A stretch of DNA of 64,000 nucleotides from a virus (Duplodnaviria > Caudoviricetes): positions 1 to 64,000 of IMG/VR virus record IMGVR_UViG_2765235989_000002. One strand, 5' to 3'. The first letter of the stretch is position 1, and each line of letters opens with the position of its first letter. The notes under the pieces were generated by a model. It searched no databases, was not told the origin of the DNA, and saw only the letters and a program-made list of their open reading frames with translations. The translations under genes were made by a program, and so were the position numbers. Positions 1 through 8,923 of this stretch are shown one piece after another.

Positions 1-133
1 ACTTGCGGTCCCAGTAGGCGTTCTCCACTTCGATGCGGTCCTGGAGTTCGGCGCGGGTCAGCGTGGACAGGTCCGCGCGGGTGAGTCGCTTGAAGGCTGG
101 CACAGCTTCCTCCCTGTATTGGATAACTGTCAT
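1..133 (-). CDS. Hypothetical protein, partial (MTVIQYREEAVPAFKRLTRADL...)
   Basis: Hand translation; ATG at 133 overlaps TGA at 133-135; alternative GTG at 103 after a GGAGG RBS; runs off the window edge. Confidence 0.5.
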   Translation of the reverse strand, partial: MTVIQYREEAVPAFKRLTRADLSTLTRAELQDRIEVENAYWDRK

Positions 134-1072
134 CAGGCTGCACTCCTCACGTCGTCGCGGCCTGTGCTTTTCTCGCGCGCCGGTGCCACGTATACGCGGC
201 GCCACGGAACCGACCCGCCCTCCTGCCGCGCAGCAGCCTTGATCCGCTCCCACGCCCTCGTAACCGAATCCCCCCGACATCTCCAGCCGGGCCCCGATCT
301 CCTCCGCAGACAGCGACGTCCACTCCATCAAATACCGAAGTGCCTTCCGCCGACCTTCCTTGTCGAGGATCACGGACTCGCCCATCAGGAATCGGTCCAC
401 CACGTCCGCGCCCTCCGTGTACACGGGCGGCACCGCGTCCGTCTGCGGCACCGCGTCCGGGTCGTCGATCGTGTCGTCATCCCACGCCAGCGGCGGAGCC
501 CACCCCTTCCGCTCGGCCCGCCGGCGGGTCTTCCACGAGCCGCCGACCGTCATCCCCAACCGGTCGTACGCCCGCCGGATCGACACGTCCCGCTCCACCG
601 CCAGCGAAGCCCAACTCCCGGCAGCCAAGTCACTGACACAATCCCTGGACAGACCGCAGGCGCTGGCGATCTCGTACTGGAAGTGCCCCAGCGCGTACAG
701 GGCACGAATCCGGCGCACCGCGCCGACCGCCGGCACGTTCCCCCGCGTGACCGGCTGCGACCCGCGAACCCCCAAAATGCTCTCCGCCGTCCCCCGCAGC
801 AGCCACTTCCGGAACCCGTACGACAGGTGTGCCACCGTGGTCTCGCTGACCCCGGCAGCGGCGGCGATCTGGCCTTTACTCAAACCACCGCTCTGAAGCG
901 CAAGAACATGCTGCCGAACCGGTTCGGCAGGAACCGACCGTGGGCGGCCCGCCATCCGGTCAAGGCGCCTCTCCGCGTCAGCCCGGGTAGCAGCCTTCGT
1001 GCACGGGACACAGCGGCACCCATACGCGTACCGGTTCGAGCTGCCGACGTGGTCGGCCTCGAGACGGCTCAT
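133..1072 (-). pseudogene. Actinophage multi-HTH DNA-binding protein with an apparent +1 frameshift in a C6 run at 270-275
   Basis: Not in the ORF track. Hand translation gives MSRLEADH..YAYGCRCVPC..GQIAAAAGVSETTV..GWAPPLAWDDD; removing one base restores EEIGARLEMSGDSVTRAWERIK and a stop at 133-135. Confidence 0.65.
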
Positions 1073-1554
1073 GCCGCCACCTCCATACCCAGACGCGCCT
1101 CTTCCTGCCTCTTCTCCAGCGCCGCGGTCGCGGTCTTCACCGTCTGCACGTTCGTCGCCAGCTTCTGCGCGATCTGCCACGCCGACAGGCCGGCTGCCAG
1201 CGCCGCATCGAACTCCGCGAGCTGCGTCGTCAGGATCCGCTGCACGGCACTCCTCACCCGCGATTCCCTCCGGTGCGCGCGACGCCGCTCCCACTCCGCC
1301 ATACCGCCCCACACACCCGAGTCCTGCCGGGTCTCCAGCGCCCAGGCCAGGCACGTCTCCCGCACCGGACAGCGCCGACACACGTCCTTCGCCATCTCGG
1401 CCTGGGCCTTCGCCAGGTCGGACATGCCGACAGGGAAGAACAGCTCGGGGTCCTCGTCGCGGCAGATACCGCTGGTGCGCCAGTCCTCGGCGGCCGTGCC
1501 GGTCAGGGCGGGCGCGGCGGCGCGTCTCGTGGGACGGCCCGTTCGGGTGGTCAT
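1069..1554 (-). CDS. WhiB-family (Wbl) transcriptional regulator
   Basis: C..DPELFFP..CRRC.....C..GVWGG four-Cys motif; ATGA overlap with the upstream gene. Confidence 0.9.
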   Translation of the reverse strand: MTTRTGRPTRRAAAPALTGTAAEDWRTSGICRDEDPELFFPVGMSDLAKAQAEMAKDVCRRCPVRETCLAWALETRQDSGVWGGMAEWERRRAHRRESRVRSAVQRILTTQLAEFDAALAAGLSAWQIAQKLATNVQTVKTATAALEKRQEEARLGMEVAA

Positions 1555-2072
1555 GAGAGGTCTCCGATCAGGGTGTAGAGGCGGATGAGTGCGCCGGGCT
1601 GGTCGAGGGCGTCGGGGTGCTCGCCGGGGAAGGTCTTGGTGGCGGTGACGCGGATGATGCGGGAGTCGTCGACTACGGCGCCGGCGTCGGCGATGCCGTC
1701 GAAGGTGGAGCGGATGAGCTTGTCGACGTCGCCGCTGTGCCGGGTGGTGGGCCAGCTGCGTTTCCGCTTCGGAGCGGACGCGGGCTTGAGGACTGTGAAG
1801 ACGATCTCGGCTTCGAGGGGGCCGTCGAGGGGCGGGAAGTGCTCCGGGACGGTGCCGATGCGCCGGGCGCGGATGGCTTCTTCGGTGGCTCGGGTGACGA
1901 GGGTCCTCCAGGGCTTGACGCGCTTCGACTGCTCGACGAGGACAGCTGAAACGCGGCCGGAGGCGGCGTTGCGGCGGTGCCCGGCGTACTTCTTGCTGCC
2001 CTGGGGTGCGGGGCGGCCGTGGACGACGATGGCGAGTCGGAGCTGTCGAGTGAGGGCGGGGGCGGTGGTCAT
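1551..2072 (-). CDS. rusA: RusA-like Holliday junction resolvase
   Basis: GRPAPQGSK N-terminus and D-x-D-K...D-G...DD acidic motif (DVDKLIRSTFDGIADAGAVVDDSRI). Confidence 0.85.
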   Translation of the reverse strand: MTTAPALTRQLRLAIVVHGRPAPQGSKKYAGHRRNAASGRVSAVLVEQSKRVKPWRTLVTRATEEAIRARRIGTVPEHFPPLDGPLEAEIVFTVLKPASAPKRKRSWPTTRHSGDVDKLIRSTFDGIADAGAVVDDSRIIRVTATKTFPGEHPDALDQPGALIRLYTLIGDLS

Positions 2073-2289
2073 GAGGCGTACTCCTGTACGGGTGTGGGGC
2101 CGTGGGGTCCGGCGCGGAGGTGGGTGGCGCTGCCCGCTGTGTGTCCGAGGTGGAGGTGTCCGCGTAGCGGCAGCGGTAGGTGTTGAAGCGGGGGCCGCCT
2201 TGTCCTCGTATCTGTCGGGCGCGGCGGCGGGCTGCTCGGCGGCTCGGGAACCGGGTTTTGCCGTAGCAGCCCGCCAGGTAACCGTTCAT
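2069..2289 (-). pseudogene. Small Zn-finger-like phage protein with a 1-bp deletion near 2163
   Basis: CYGKTRF...YRCRY in one frame continues as GHLHLGH...QEYAS* in another; adding one T gives YRCRYCGHLHLGH. Confidence 0.6.
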
Positions 2290-3263
2290 GGGGTGGTCGG
2301 GTATTCGCGGACGCGGAGGCTGGCCGGCCAGTACTGGGGGTCGCCGCCCTTGGTATCGCCGTGGGCGGCGACGGTCCTCCCGGCGTAGGTCGTGTCACGG
2401 GCCCACACGGAGCCGAGCTGCTTGACGAATACGGCCGTACCGGAGTGCTGGCACTGCCCGACGATTTGCGCGGCCCACTCGGGGTTCATCGGGCGGGCGC
2501 CGGGGCCGGACTCTCCGCCGCAGATCACCCAATCGACGCGGGGGCCGGTAACGATGGCCGGGCTGTGCATGGTCAAGCCTGTTGAGGTCGTGTACTCGGG
2601 TCCAGGTGTCGGCCGTCCGGTGAGCCAGTAGGTCAGCTTGGGGCGGCCGCGTCCGGGGACGATGGGCCCCCAGAGGTCGACGGGGCCGAGGAGCGGCTCG
2701 CAGGACAGGAAGCGGACAGCGGCCGGGGTGTCGAGCAGTGCGGGGATGCGAACGTTGGCCCACTTCTGGTTCTCGACGGAAACGCCCAGTTGAATGTTCG
2801 GGAGGGGCCAAGCCCAGCCAGCGGTTGAGGGACGGCCATAGCAGGCTTCGGCCCGGTGGCGAACCATGTGGGAGAACTGGGGGTCGTTGAGCAGACTGCG
2901 CATCCGGCCGTGGCGCTTGGTGAGGACCTGGTAGGTGTGCTGCGGCGTGGCTGCCATGACGCCGAAGATGAGTTCCAACGAGGGCCGGTCGATGCCAGCG
3001 TGGAAGAGGTCGCTCATCGAATTTACGAAGACGAGCCGGGGCTTCTTCCAGCGGAGTGGCTCCATGACGGCCTCGGGATGTACGGCGACGCCGAAGCCGG
3101 GGCCGGAGGTGCGGGGGTTGCCGTCGGTCTGGTACTTCGCGGAGCCCATGCCCTTGAGGCGCTTGGCCATGGTGAGGGCGTAGCAGTTGTCGCAGCCGGG
3201 GCTGATCCGGTCGCATCCTGTTGTCGGGTTCCAGGTCTGCTCGGTCCACTCAATGTTGCTCAT
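2286..3263 (-). CDS. DUF5131 / phage Gp37-Gp68 family protein (radical-SAM-like)
   Basis: IEWT..TWNPTTGCDRISPGCDNCYA, FVNSMSDLFH, LTKR, DWVICGGESG, FVKQLG. Confidence 0.9.
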   Translation of the reverse strand: MSNIEWTEQTWNPTTGCDRISPGCDNCYALTMAKRLKGMGSAKYQTDGNPRTSGPGFGVAVHPEAVMEPLRWKKPRLVFVNSMSDLFHAGIDRPSLELIFGVMAATPQHTYQVLTKRHGRMRSLLNDPQFSHMVRHRAEACYGRPSTAGWAWPLPNIQLGVSVENQKWANVRIPALLDTPAAVRFLSCEPLLGPVDLWGPIVPGRGRPKLTYWLTGRPTPGPEYTTSTGLTMHSPAIVTGPRVDWVICGGESGPGARPMNPEWAAQIVGQCQHSGTAVFVKQLGSVWARDTTYAGRTVAAHGDTKGGDPQYWPASLRVREYPTTP

Positions 3264-3625
3264 GAGGACTCCTCCAGTTCGCTGCGGAGGCGAGCGATGT
3301 GGGCAATGTGGGCGGCGGTTTCGAGGGGGGCGATGCGCACGGCTTCGTTGAGGGCGGTCTGCCGGTCGTAGCGGTAGATCTGGGCCCGGGCGAGTTCGCC
3401 GCGATAGGTCCATTCGGTGCCGGTCCAGGCGTGTTCGTTGCCGGGGTTGTCGTTGAAGACGGCCCATCCGTCGGCGTTGCCGTCGAGGCGGCGTTGAACG
3501 CGGAGGTCGGCTGCGTGGCCGTGAGGGTGGCCGGGGCAGGGGATACGGAATTCGGCGGCGAGGTTGAGGGTGGCGGCGAGTTGTTCGATGTACGCGGGGT
3601 CGGTCGGGTCGGGGGTGTCGGTCAC
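3260..3625 (-). CDS. Hypothetical protein
   Basis: GTG start overlaps the upstream stop; protein-like composition. Confidence 0.6.
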   Translation of the reverse strand: MTDTPDPTDPAYIEQLAATLNLAAEFRIPCPGHPHGHAADLRVQRRLDGNADGWAVFNDNPGNEHAWTGTEWTYRGELARAQIYRYDRQTALNEAVRIAPLETAAHIAHIARLRSELEESS

Positions 3626-3855
3626 TGGCCGATCTCCTTGGCAAGGGCGGCGTTGACGGCGGTGGCGTGGAGGTAGCCGTCGATGTAGCCCTGGGCGTAG
3701 AAGGGGTCGTGTTGGTCGGCCATGGCGGCGCGGGCGTGGGCCCGGCGGGAGGAGAGGCCGGTGATGGCGGCGAGTTCGCCGTCGGTGTAGCCGGCCTCCC
3801 AGCTGTCGTCGGCGCTGTCGCCGGTTCCGGCGGGGGCGATGGTCATGGTGGTCAT
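3622..3855 (-). CDS. Hypothetical protein (repeated GYxDG motif)
   Basis: ORF coupled to the downstream gene; AGYTDG and QGYIDGY. Confidence 0.6.
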   Translation of the reverse strand: MTTMTIAPAGTGDSADDSWEAGYTDGELAAITGLSSRRAHARAAMADQHDPFYAQGYIDGYLHATAVNAALAKEIGQ

Positions 3856-3891
3856 GGCGTGGGGTCTCCGGTTGCGGTGGAAGAGCGGGGG

Positions 3892-4326
3892 TCAGGCGGC
3901 TGTACGAACCGGCGGAAGGTCGGTGAGGGTGTCTGCGGTCTGGGCGGCGCGGTGGAGTGCGCCGATGACCTCGGACACGGTGGGGGCGGGCCAGCCGCGG
4001 TCCGGGGCGGGTGCGTACGACGGCCACCAGGAGAGGTGATCGATGTGGTCGTCCAAGCCGGTGATGGGGTCGGTGGGCGGCTCGGTGGGGAGGACGGCGG
4101 ACAGCATCCGGATGGCGTCCATGGCGGGCTCGTTGGTGGTGATGAGGAGCAGCGCCCGGTCGTCGTCGGTGAGGAAGGCGTTGGGGGTTTTCCCGGTGAC
4201 CGCGCGGAAGATGGCGGCGTTGAGGTCGAGCTGGCCGGTGTGGGTGGCGAAGTGGTCGCCGGTGTGGAGGCCGTAGTAGTTGAGGAGTTGGGCGGCGGTG
4301 CGGAGGATCGTGCCGGTGCTGGACAT
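3892..4326 (-). CDS. DUF6197-like hypothetical protein
   Basis: ILRTAAQLLNYYGLH...AAIFRAVTG...VIGALHRAA pattern; resembles 58901-59461. Confidence 0.55.
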   Translation of the reverse strand: MSSTGTILRTAAQLLNYYGLHTGDHFATHTGQLDLNAAIFRAVTGKTPNAFLTDDDRALLLITTNEPAMDAIRMLSAVLPTEPPTDPITGLDDHIDHLSWWPSYAPAPDRGWPAPTVSEVIGALHRAAQTADTLTDLPPVRTAA

Positions 4327-4434
4327 GGGTGTCTCCCGGGTGCGGCGTGGCGAGGGTGGGGTGTTCACCCGGCCCGGGGAGCTACTGCGCGCCGTGTGGG
4401 CGTGGTGCTCGACCCGGGCCGGGGGCCAGGGTGG

Positions 4435-4773
4435 CTAGTCGGCGTCGGGTGTGGGGTGTTCGTCGGTGCAGGTGGGGCACTGGAGGCGGCCGAGGTTGTA
4501 GCCCTGGGGTTCTTCGACGGTGCGGAGGCCGGGGGCGTCGGCGTCGAAGATGCAGCCGCAGTCACAGGGGCAGGCGCACTTGAGGATCTCGTTGTAGCGG
4601 ACGCCGGTGATGCCGGTGATGGCGATCAGGGCGGCCATGAGGGCTTCGTACTCGGCGGCGCTGGCGGTGTTGTCCGCCTGGGCCATGAGCTGGTCGAAGA
4701 GGTTCTGCTGTGGGGCGGGGAGGTGGTGGTAGTTGATGGTGCTGGTGTTGCGGGCAGGGCTGATCACGCTCAT
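4435..4773 (-). CDS. Cys-rich (Zn-binding) hypothetical protein, first gene after an early promoter
   Basis: AGGAG RBS; CACPCDCGC...CPTC. Confidence 0.6.
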   Translation of the reverse strand: MSVISPARNTSTINYHHLPAPQQNLFDQLMAQADNTASAAEYEALMAALIAITGITGVRYNEILKCACPCDCGCIFDADAPGLRTVEEPQGYNLGRLQCPTCTDEHPTPDAD

Positions 4774-4840
4774 GGCGGAGCTCCTGGAATGGGTTACTCG
4801 GCCAGTTCCCGGTGGGGGTTCTGGCCTTGTCGGCTCCACC

Positions 4841-4880
4841 AGATTACACATTACGCATTGCTTGCACAATGCTTCGCATG
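4841..4880 (-). promoter_or_regulatory. Sigma70/HrdB-like promoter TTGTGC-N17-TAATCT with upstream CATGCGAAGCA box
   Basis: 17-bp spacer; near-identical architecture at 19135-19174. Confidence 0.65.
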
Positions 4881-4901
4881 GAAATGGGTGGTGGGGCATG
4901 A

Positions 4902-4939
4902 CGAAGCCCCCGCCCCGGGGGTAGTGGGCGAGGGCTTCG
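4902..4939. terminator. Hairpin, probable terminator
   Basis: CGAAGCCC...GGGCTTCG inverted repeat just downstream of 4961-5176. Confidence 0.45.
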
Positions 4940-4960
4940 GCTCTTTCGCGCGGGCTGGTG

Positions 4961-5176
4961 TCAGCCTTCGCGCGTGATCATGTCGCGGTGGATCTGCTGG
5001 ATCTGTGTCCAGGACACTGCGGTGAGGCCGCCGACACGGTCGGTCTCCAGGCGGTGCTTCTTGATCCACCGGCGCACGGTGGTCTGCCCCTTGGGGTGCC
5101 CGGTCTCCTCGAGGAGCGCGACGCACTCGTCGAGAGTGACGAAGTCGGCGTACGGGCTGAGACTGTGTGCGGCCAC
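4961..5176 (-). CDS. Small excisionase/MerR-like HTH protein
   Basis: VTLDECVALL...TTVRRWIKKHRL. Confidence 0.6.
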   Translation of the reverse strand: MAAHSLSPYADFVTLDECVALLEETGHPKGQTTVRRWIKKHRLETDRVGGLTAVSWTQIQQIHRDMITREG

Positions 5177-5309
5177 GATGGGCTCCCATCAACTCGACGG
5201 GCCGCAGTTCGCAGCTGACGGCGGCCGAGTGGGCGGGTGGACCTCTGCCAGAAGGCCCGGGGATGGTGCGGGTGGTGCGGTTGTGATGTCTGGTAGACAC
5301 CGCGCACCG

Positions 5310-5849
5310 TCAGATGGTTGCCCTCTTCGTCCGGGCGAATTCGCGGGCGATGTGCTCGTGCGCGAGACGCGCCAGGTTCCAGGTGCGGGACAGGCCCAGC
5401 GGGTCGGTGCAGTCCAGGTTGGAGCACGCCGCCCGGCCGACCGTGGACCGCCAGAACAGGCCGAAGCAGCCGCAGGCGGGGCAGGGGTGACGGCGGATCA
5501 CCTTGTGGTCGCCCATGGCGAGCGCGTGCTCGAGGCCCTGCCGGTAGATGACGGTCTCGCGGGCCTGCCGCTTCTCCGCGTCCAGGTGCTGGGTGTTGTC
5601 CCTCCACCACTGGTAGATGCCGTCGGGGACAGCGGGGGCGTGGCCGGCGTGGGGGGCGTCGGCGCGGGCCCGGTCGATGACCTCGGCGACGCTGGCCGCC
5701 ATGTGGCTGACTATGTTGACGTTGAGAGGGGGGCGGGCCTCGGTGGGGCGGGGGCCGCGGATACCGGTCCCGGTGCGGGCCGGCTCGATGTAGTGCGTGG
5801 CGAGGGTACGCAGTCTTTCTGCTGCGGTGTCGTCTTCCGTCGTGCCCAT
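5310..5849 (-). CDS. Zn-ribbon hypothetical protein (possible transcription regulator)
   Basis: HPCPACGC...CSNLDC; GGAG RBS. Confidence 0.6.
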   Translation of the reverse strand: MGTTEDDTAAERLRTLATHYIEPARTGTGIRGPRPTEARPPLNVNIVSHMAASVAEVIDRARADAPHAGHAPAVPDGIYQWWRDNTQHLDAEKRQARETVIYRQGLEHALAMGDHKVIRRHPCPACGCFGLFWRSTVGRAACSNLDCTDPLGLSRTWNLARLAHEHIAREFARTKRATI

Positions 5850-6104
5850 GGCTCCCCGTTCCGTAGGCGGCCCCCGGGGGCGCAGTGCTGACGGACCGGT
5901 TTGGTTCGGGGCGTGCGCCGGTGGGGCCGGAAGTGTTCCCGGGTGATTCCGGACGCCTCATGATGGCACGTATATGCCTGAAGTTGAACGCATAGTTGTT
6001 GTCGATCACCGCTCGGCTACGAACCGTTGTCGACTCGTGTCGAATCAACCCGGTTTACGAGTCCCCCGCGACCAGCGCAACACCGCCGAGGCGCCGGGCC
6101 GACC

Positions 6105-6479
6105 TCAGACGCGCTTCGGGGCTTCGCGCATGCCGAGGATCATGCCGTGCAGAGTGGCGTGCTGCTCCGCCTCCAGGACGCCCTGGGCGTGTGCTCCCTC
6201 GAGCATGAGCAGCACGGCGTCGACGGTGGCGGCGTATACGGAGCTGGTGGTCTCGTCGGTGAGGCTGTGCCCGCGGGCGAGAAGGAGGGCCTCGATCGTT
6301 TCGGCGAGCTGCTGCTCGGGGCTGTCCGTGTCCGGCGTGACCGCGGCCGGTTCGGGCTGAAGGTGCTGGCGCGATGGCCGGCGTGCGTCCAAGTGGATGA
6401 CGTCGCTGCTGGCGGCGTCTGGCCCGGGCGGTCCGGGCGGTGCGTGCGGCGGGATGTCTGCTGCGGGTGTGGGGGTCAT
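6105..6479 (-). CDS. Hypothetical protein
   Basis: GGAG RBS; Pro-rich N-terminus followed by a helical domain. Confidence 0.55.
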   Translation of the reverse strand: MTPTPAADIPPHAPPGPPGPDAASSDVIHLDARRPSRQHLQPEPAAVTPDTDSPEQQLAETIEALLLARGHSLTDETTSSVYAATVDAVLLMLEGAHAQGVLEAEQHATLHGMILGMREAPKRV

Positions 6480-6846
6480 GAGAGGGCGTGTCTCCGCTCC
6501 TCCGGCAGATCGGGAAGGGTGCGACGGGGCCCGTCCTGCCCGGCCGGGGCCTGTCTGGGCCTGCTGCCAGTCCAGGCCCGAGGGTGTCACTGTGGCAGCA
6601 ATTCGCTTCGGCGAGTAAGGGTGTCCTGAGTATTGATACAGCCGTGACGCATGGTCCAGGCCACCGCCGTATCCCATGAGGAAGCCCCCGCGGACCGTGA
6701 GGGCGGAGTTTTGCCGACAACACCCTTCGGGCCCTGCGGGGGCTCGAGACCTCACGAGCGCGTGCCCGTCAGATGACGGCGATTGTAGTCCTGAACAGCG
6801 CCACGCAGGTAGAGGCGGTCCCGCACTCGCTGCGGGACCGTCGTGG

Positions 6847-7962
6847 TCACGGTTGGTACGGCATGGCCTCGAGGAGCAGCTTGACCACTCGACGCCGGTG
6901 CTGCAGTTCCATCCGTTCGATCATCACGGCGCTGAGTTCGTCAGGTCGGTCCCACTGGACACCTTCCGCCCATGACGGATGAGGTGTCCCCTGTTCGGTT
7001 GCTTCGGGGGCATCGGCTGCTTCTGCGGTACGGGCGTGCTGCTCGGGGACTGAGCGGGGGGCGACGACGGCCTCAGAGGAGCCGTGGGGTTTTACGGCCG
7101 TAAAACTCGGCGCATCCCTGGGTTCGGCCTGAACGGTCGGACGCTGCTCCGCTACGGACGATCCGTCCCGTTCCTCTGGTGCGGAGACACGTGGTGGAGC
7201 AGCAGCGGACGGTACTGCCCGTTGCGCTTCGGTCTTCTCGGCGCGCTTCTTCGCGGCCTTGGCCTCGGCGAGCGCGTTCCGCCGGGACTGTTCTTGCTCC
7301 CACCACTTGGCTTGTTCTGCTGCGTCCCACTTGTTGTCGCGTGCGAGCATCCCAAGCTTGCGGGCGGCTTCCAGCGGGACGCTCTTCTTCCGCACCTGCT
7401 CCTGCATCTGCGGGGCAAGGTGTGTGAGGAGGACGCGCTGCGTGACCCAGCCGTCGGCGCGCTCGAAGTGCTGGGCGACCGCTCGGTTGGTGCCGAACTC
7501 GCGGACCAGGGCCTGCACGGCGTATGCCTCTTCGATGGCGTCGAAGTTCTGCCGGTCGACGTTCTCGGAGACCACGGCCTCCATGAACGTCTTCCGGTCG
7601 GTGGCGAAGCCGTCGTTGACCACGCAGTCCAGTGCCGCGAGCCCGACCTCGGTCGCGGCCCGAAAGCGGCGCTCGCCGCTGACGAGTACGTAGTCGACGC
7701 TCCCGATCTGTTCGGCGTGGTCGGGCCACAGCTTGAGGTAGGCGATGCGGCTGACGACCGGGCACGGCTGGTTCTGCCGGCGCTGAAGGCTCTTACCGAA
7801 GTCGATCAGTTCGTCAGTCGTGCCGAAGTCCTGCCGTGGGTTGACCAGGTTCGGCACGAGACGTGTGATGGGTACCCGGTAGAGCCTTCCGTCGGCGCGG
7901 GTGTCGGTGTATGAAGTGCTGTCCTCGTCTCCGAAGAAGTCGTCGAACTCGTCGCGTGCCAC
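6847..7962 (-). CDS. parB: ParB/RepB/Spo0J partition protein
   Basis: NPRQDF, LVSGERRFRA arginine patch, ENVDRQN, HTH; coupled to parA. Confidence 0.92.
   Translation of the reverse strand: MARDEFDDFFGDEDSTSYTDTRADGRLYRVPITRLVPNLVNPRQDFGTTDELIDFGKSLQRRQNQPCPVVSRIAYLKLWPDHAEQIGSVDYVLVSGERRFRAATEVGLAALDCVVNDGFATDRKTFMEAVVSENVDRQNFDAIEEAYAVQALVREFGTNRAVAQHFERADGWVTQRVLLTHLAPQMQEQVRKKSVPLEAARKLGMLARDNKWDAAEQAKWWEQEQSRRNALAEAKAAKKRAEKTEAQRAVPSAAAPPRVSAPEERDGSSVAEQRPTVQAEPRDAPSFTAVKPHGSSEAVVAPRSVPEQHARTAEAADAPEATEQGTPHPSWAEGVQWDRPDELSAVMIERMELQHRRRVVKLLLEAMPYQP
7089..7106. repeat. Palindrome GTTTTACGGCCGTAAAAC, candidate parS (copy 1, inside parB)
   Basis: Perfect 18-bp palindrome. Confidence 0.75.
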
Positions 7963-8702
7963 TAGCGGGCCCCCGTGAACTTCTGGCGGCGGAGCTGGTG
8001 TTCGAGGGCGAGGGACACGAAGTCCTGCTTCGCCTTGGTGGCGGTGTGGTTCGACTCGTACTGGGTACAGAAGCGTCCGTTCGTGATGCCGCGGGTGTGG
8101 GGCTTGTAGTGCCGGATCGTGGCGTTGTACAGCTCCCAGCCGCGTCGGTTGACCAGGCTCTCGGTTCGTTCCTTGTCGGCTTCGCCGTCGCGCGGATCCC
8201 AGTTGTTGATCACTACGCCGTAGGGAATCTGCCGGGGGAGGAGGACCCGTTCGATGGTGACCTTGGTCGGGGTGAAGGCGGAGCCTTCTGCTTCGAGCGG
8301 GACGATCACGTCGTCGGCGACGTCGAGGATGGCTCGCAGGGCGTCACCGACGGTGCCGTCTCCCAGGGGGTCAATGGCTTCGTCGTCCTCTTCCTCGTTG
8401 AGGGGCATGAAGCCGGGGGTGTCGACGATGATGAAGTCGGCCTTCGCGCGGCGCAGGCGGCGGAGCTGTTCGACGTTGCGGACGCTGGCGTTGACGACGC
8501 GGAAGGGGACTTCGCGTCCTGCTTCTCTGACCTTGTCGGCGTGCTCGACGCTGGTGGCCTGTGGGTCTATTGAGACGACCGCGACGGACGGGTTGTCGCT
8601 GTTACTGCCGAGGATTTCGGCGTAGACGGCGGCCAGATTGACCGTGATGAGCGACTTGCCCACCCCGCCCTTCCTGTTCAAGAGCACGGTGATGTACGGC
8701 AT
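7962..8702 (-). CDS. parA: ParA family ATPase
   Basis: Deviant Walker A KGGVGKS, DPQ, IIVDTPG. Confidence 0.93.
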   Translation of the reverse strand: MPYITVLLNRKGGVGKSLITVNLAAVYAEILGSNSDNPSVAVVSIDPQATSVEHADKVREAGREVPFRVVNASVRNVEQLRRLRRAKADFIIVDTPGFMPLNEEEDDEAIDPLGDGTVGDALRAILDVADDVIVPLEAEGSAFTPTKVTIERVLLPRQIPYGVVINNWDPRDGEADKERTESLVNRRGWELYNATIRHYKPHTRGITNGRFCTQYESNHTATKAKQDFVSLALEHQLRRQKFTGAR

Positions 8703-8804
8703 CTTGCTGTCTCCGATTACTTCCCAATGGTGCTGGTACTCCGGACGGAAGGCAGTCTTTCAGACGGTCGGAGTGCCGCTGGACAGGGAGGGCGACAAGT
8801 CGGC

Positions 8805-8826
8805 GAGTTTTACGGCCGTAAAACTC
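8805..8826. repeat. Candidate parS (copy 2), GAGTTTTACGGCCGTAAAACTC
   Basis: Perfect 22-bp palindrome upstream of parA. Confidence 0.75.
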
Positions 8827-8883
8827 TGGGCCCCTGACACATCGCCGTCACGTCGGCCCGAGCAGCGGTGACCGAGGACAGGC

Positions 8884-8907
8884 CGTGTTTTACGGCCGTA
8901 AAACACG
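8884..8907. repeat. Candidate parS (copy 3), CGTGTTTTACGGCCGTAAAACACG
   Basis: Perfect 24-bp palindrome upstream of parA. Confidence 0.75.
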
Positions 8908-8923
8908 TGGGGTTCCCGTCTCG

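Noticed and set aside
119-1588. Long + strand ORFs (also 14867-17818, 34847-37147, 44457-46292 and others)
   Set aside because: Antisense shadows of real minus-strand genes in high-GC DNA; no motifs
1069-2289. 406-aa ORF read as one long WhiB protein
   Set aside because: Artefact of the frameshift near 2163; overlaps rusA out of frame
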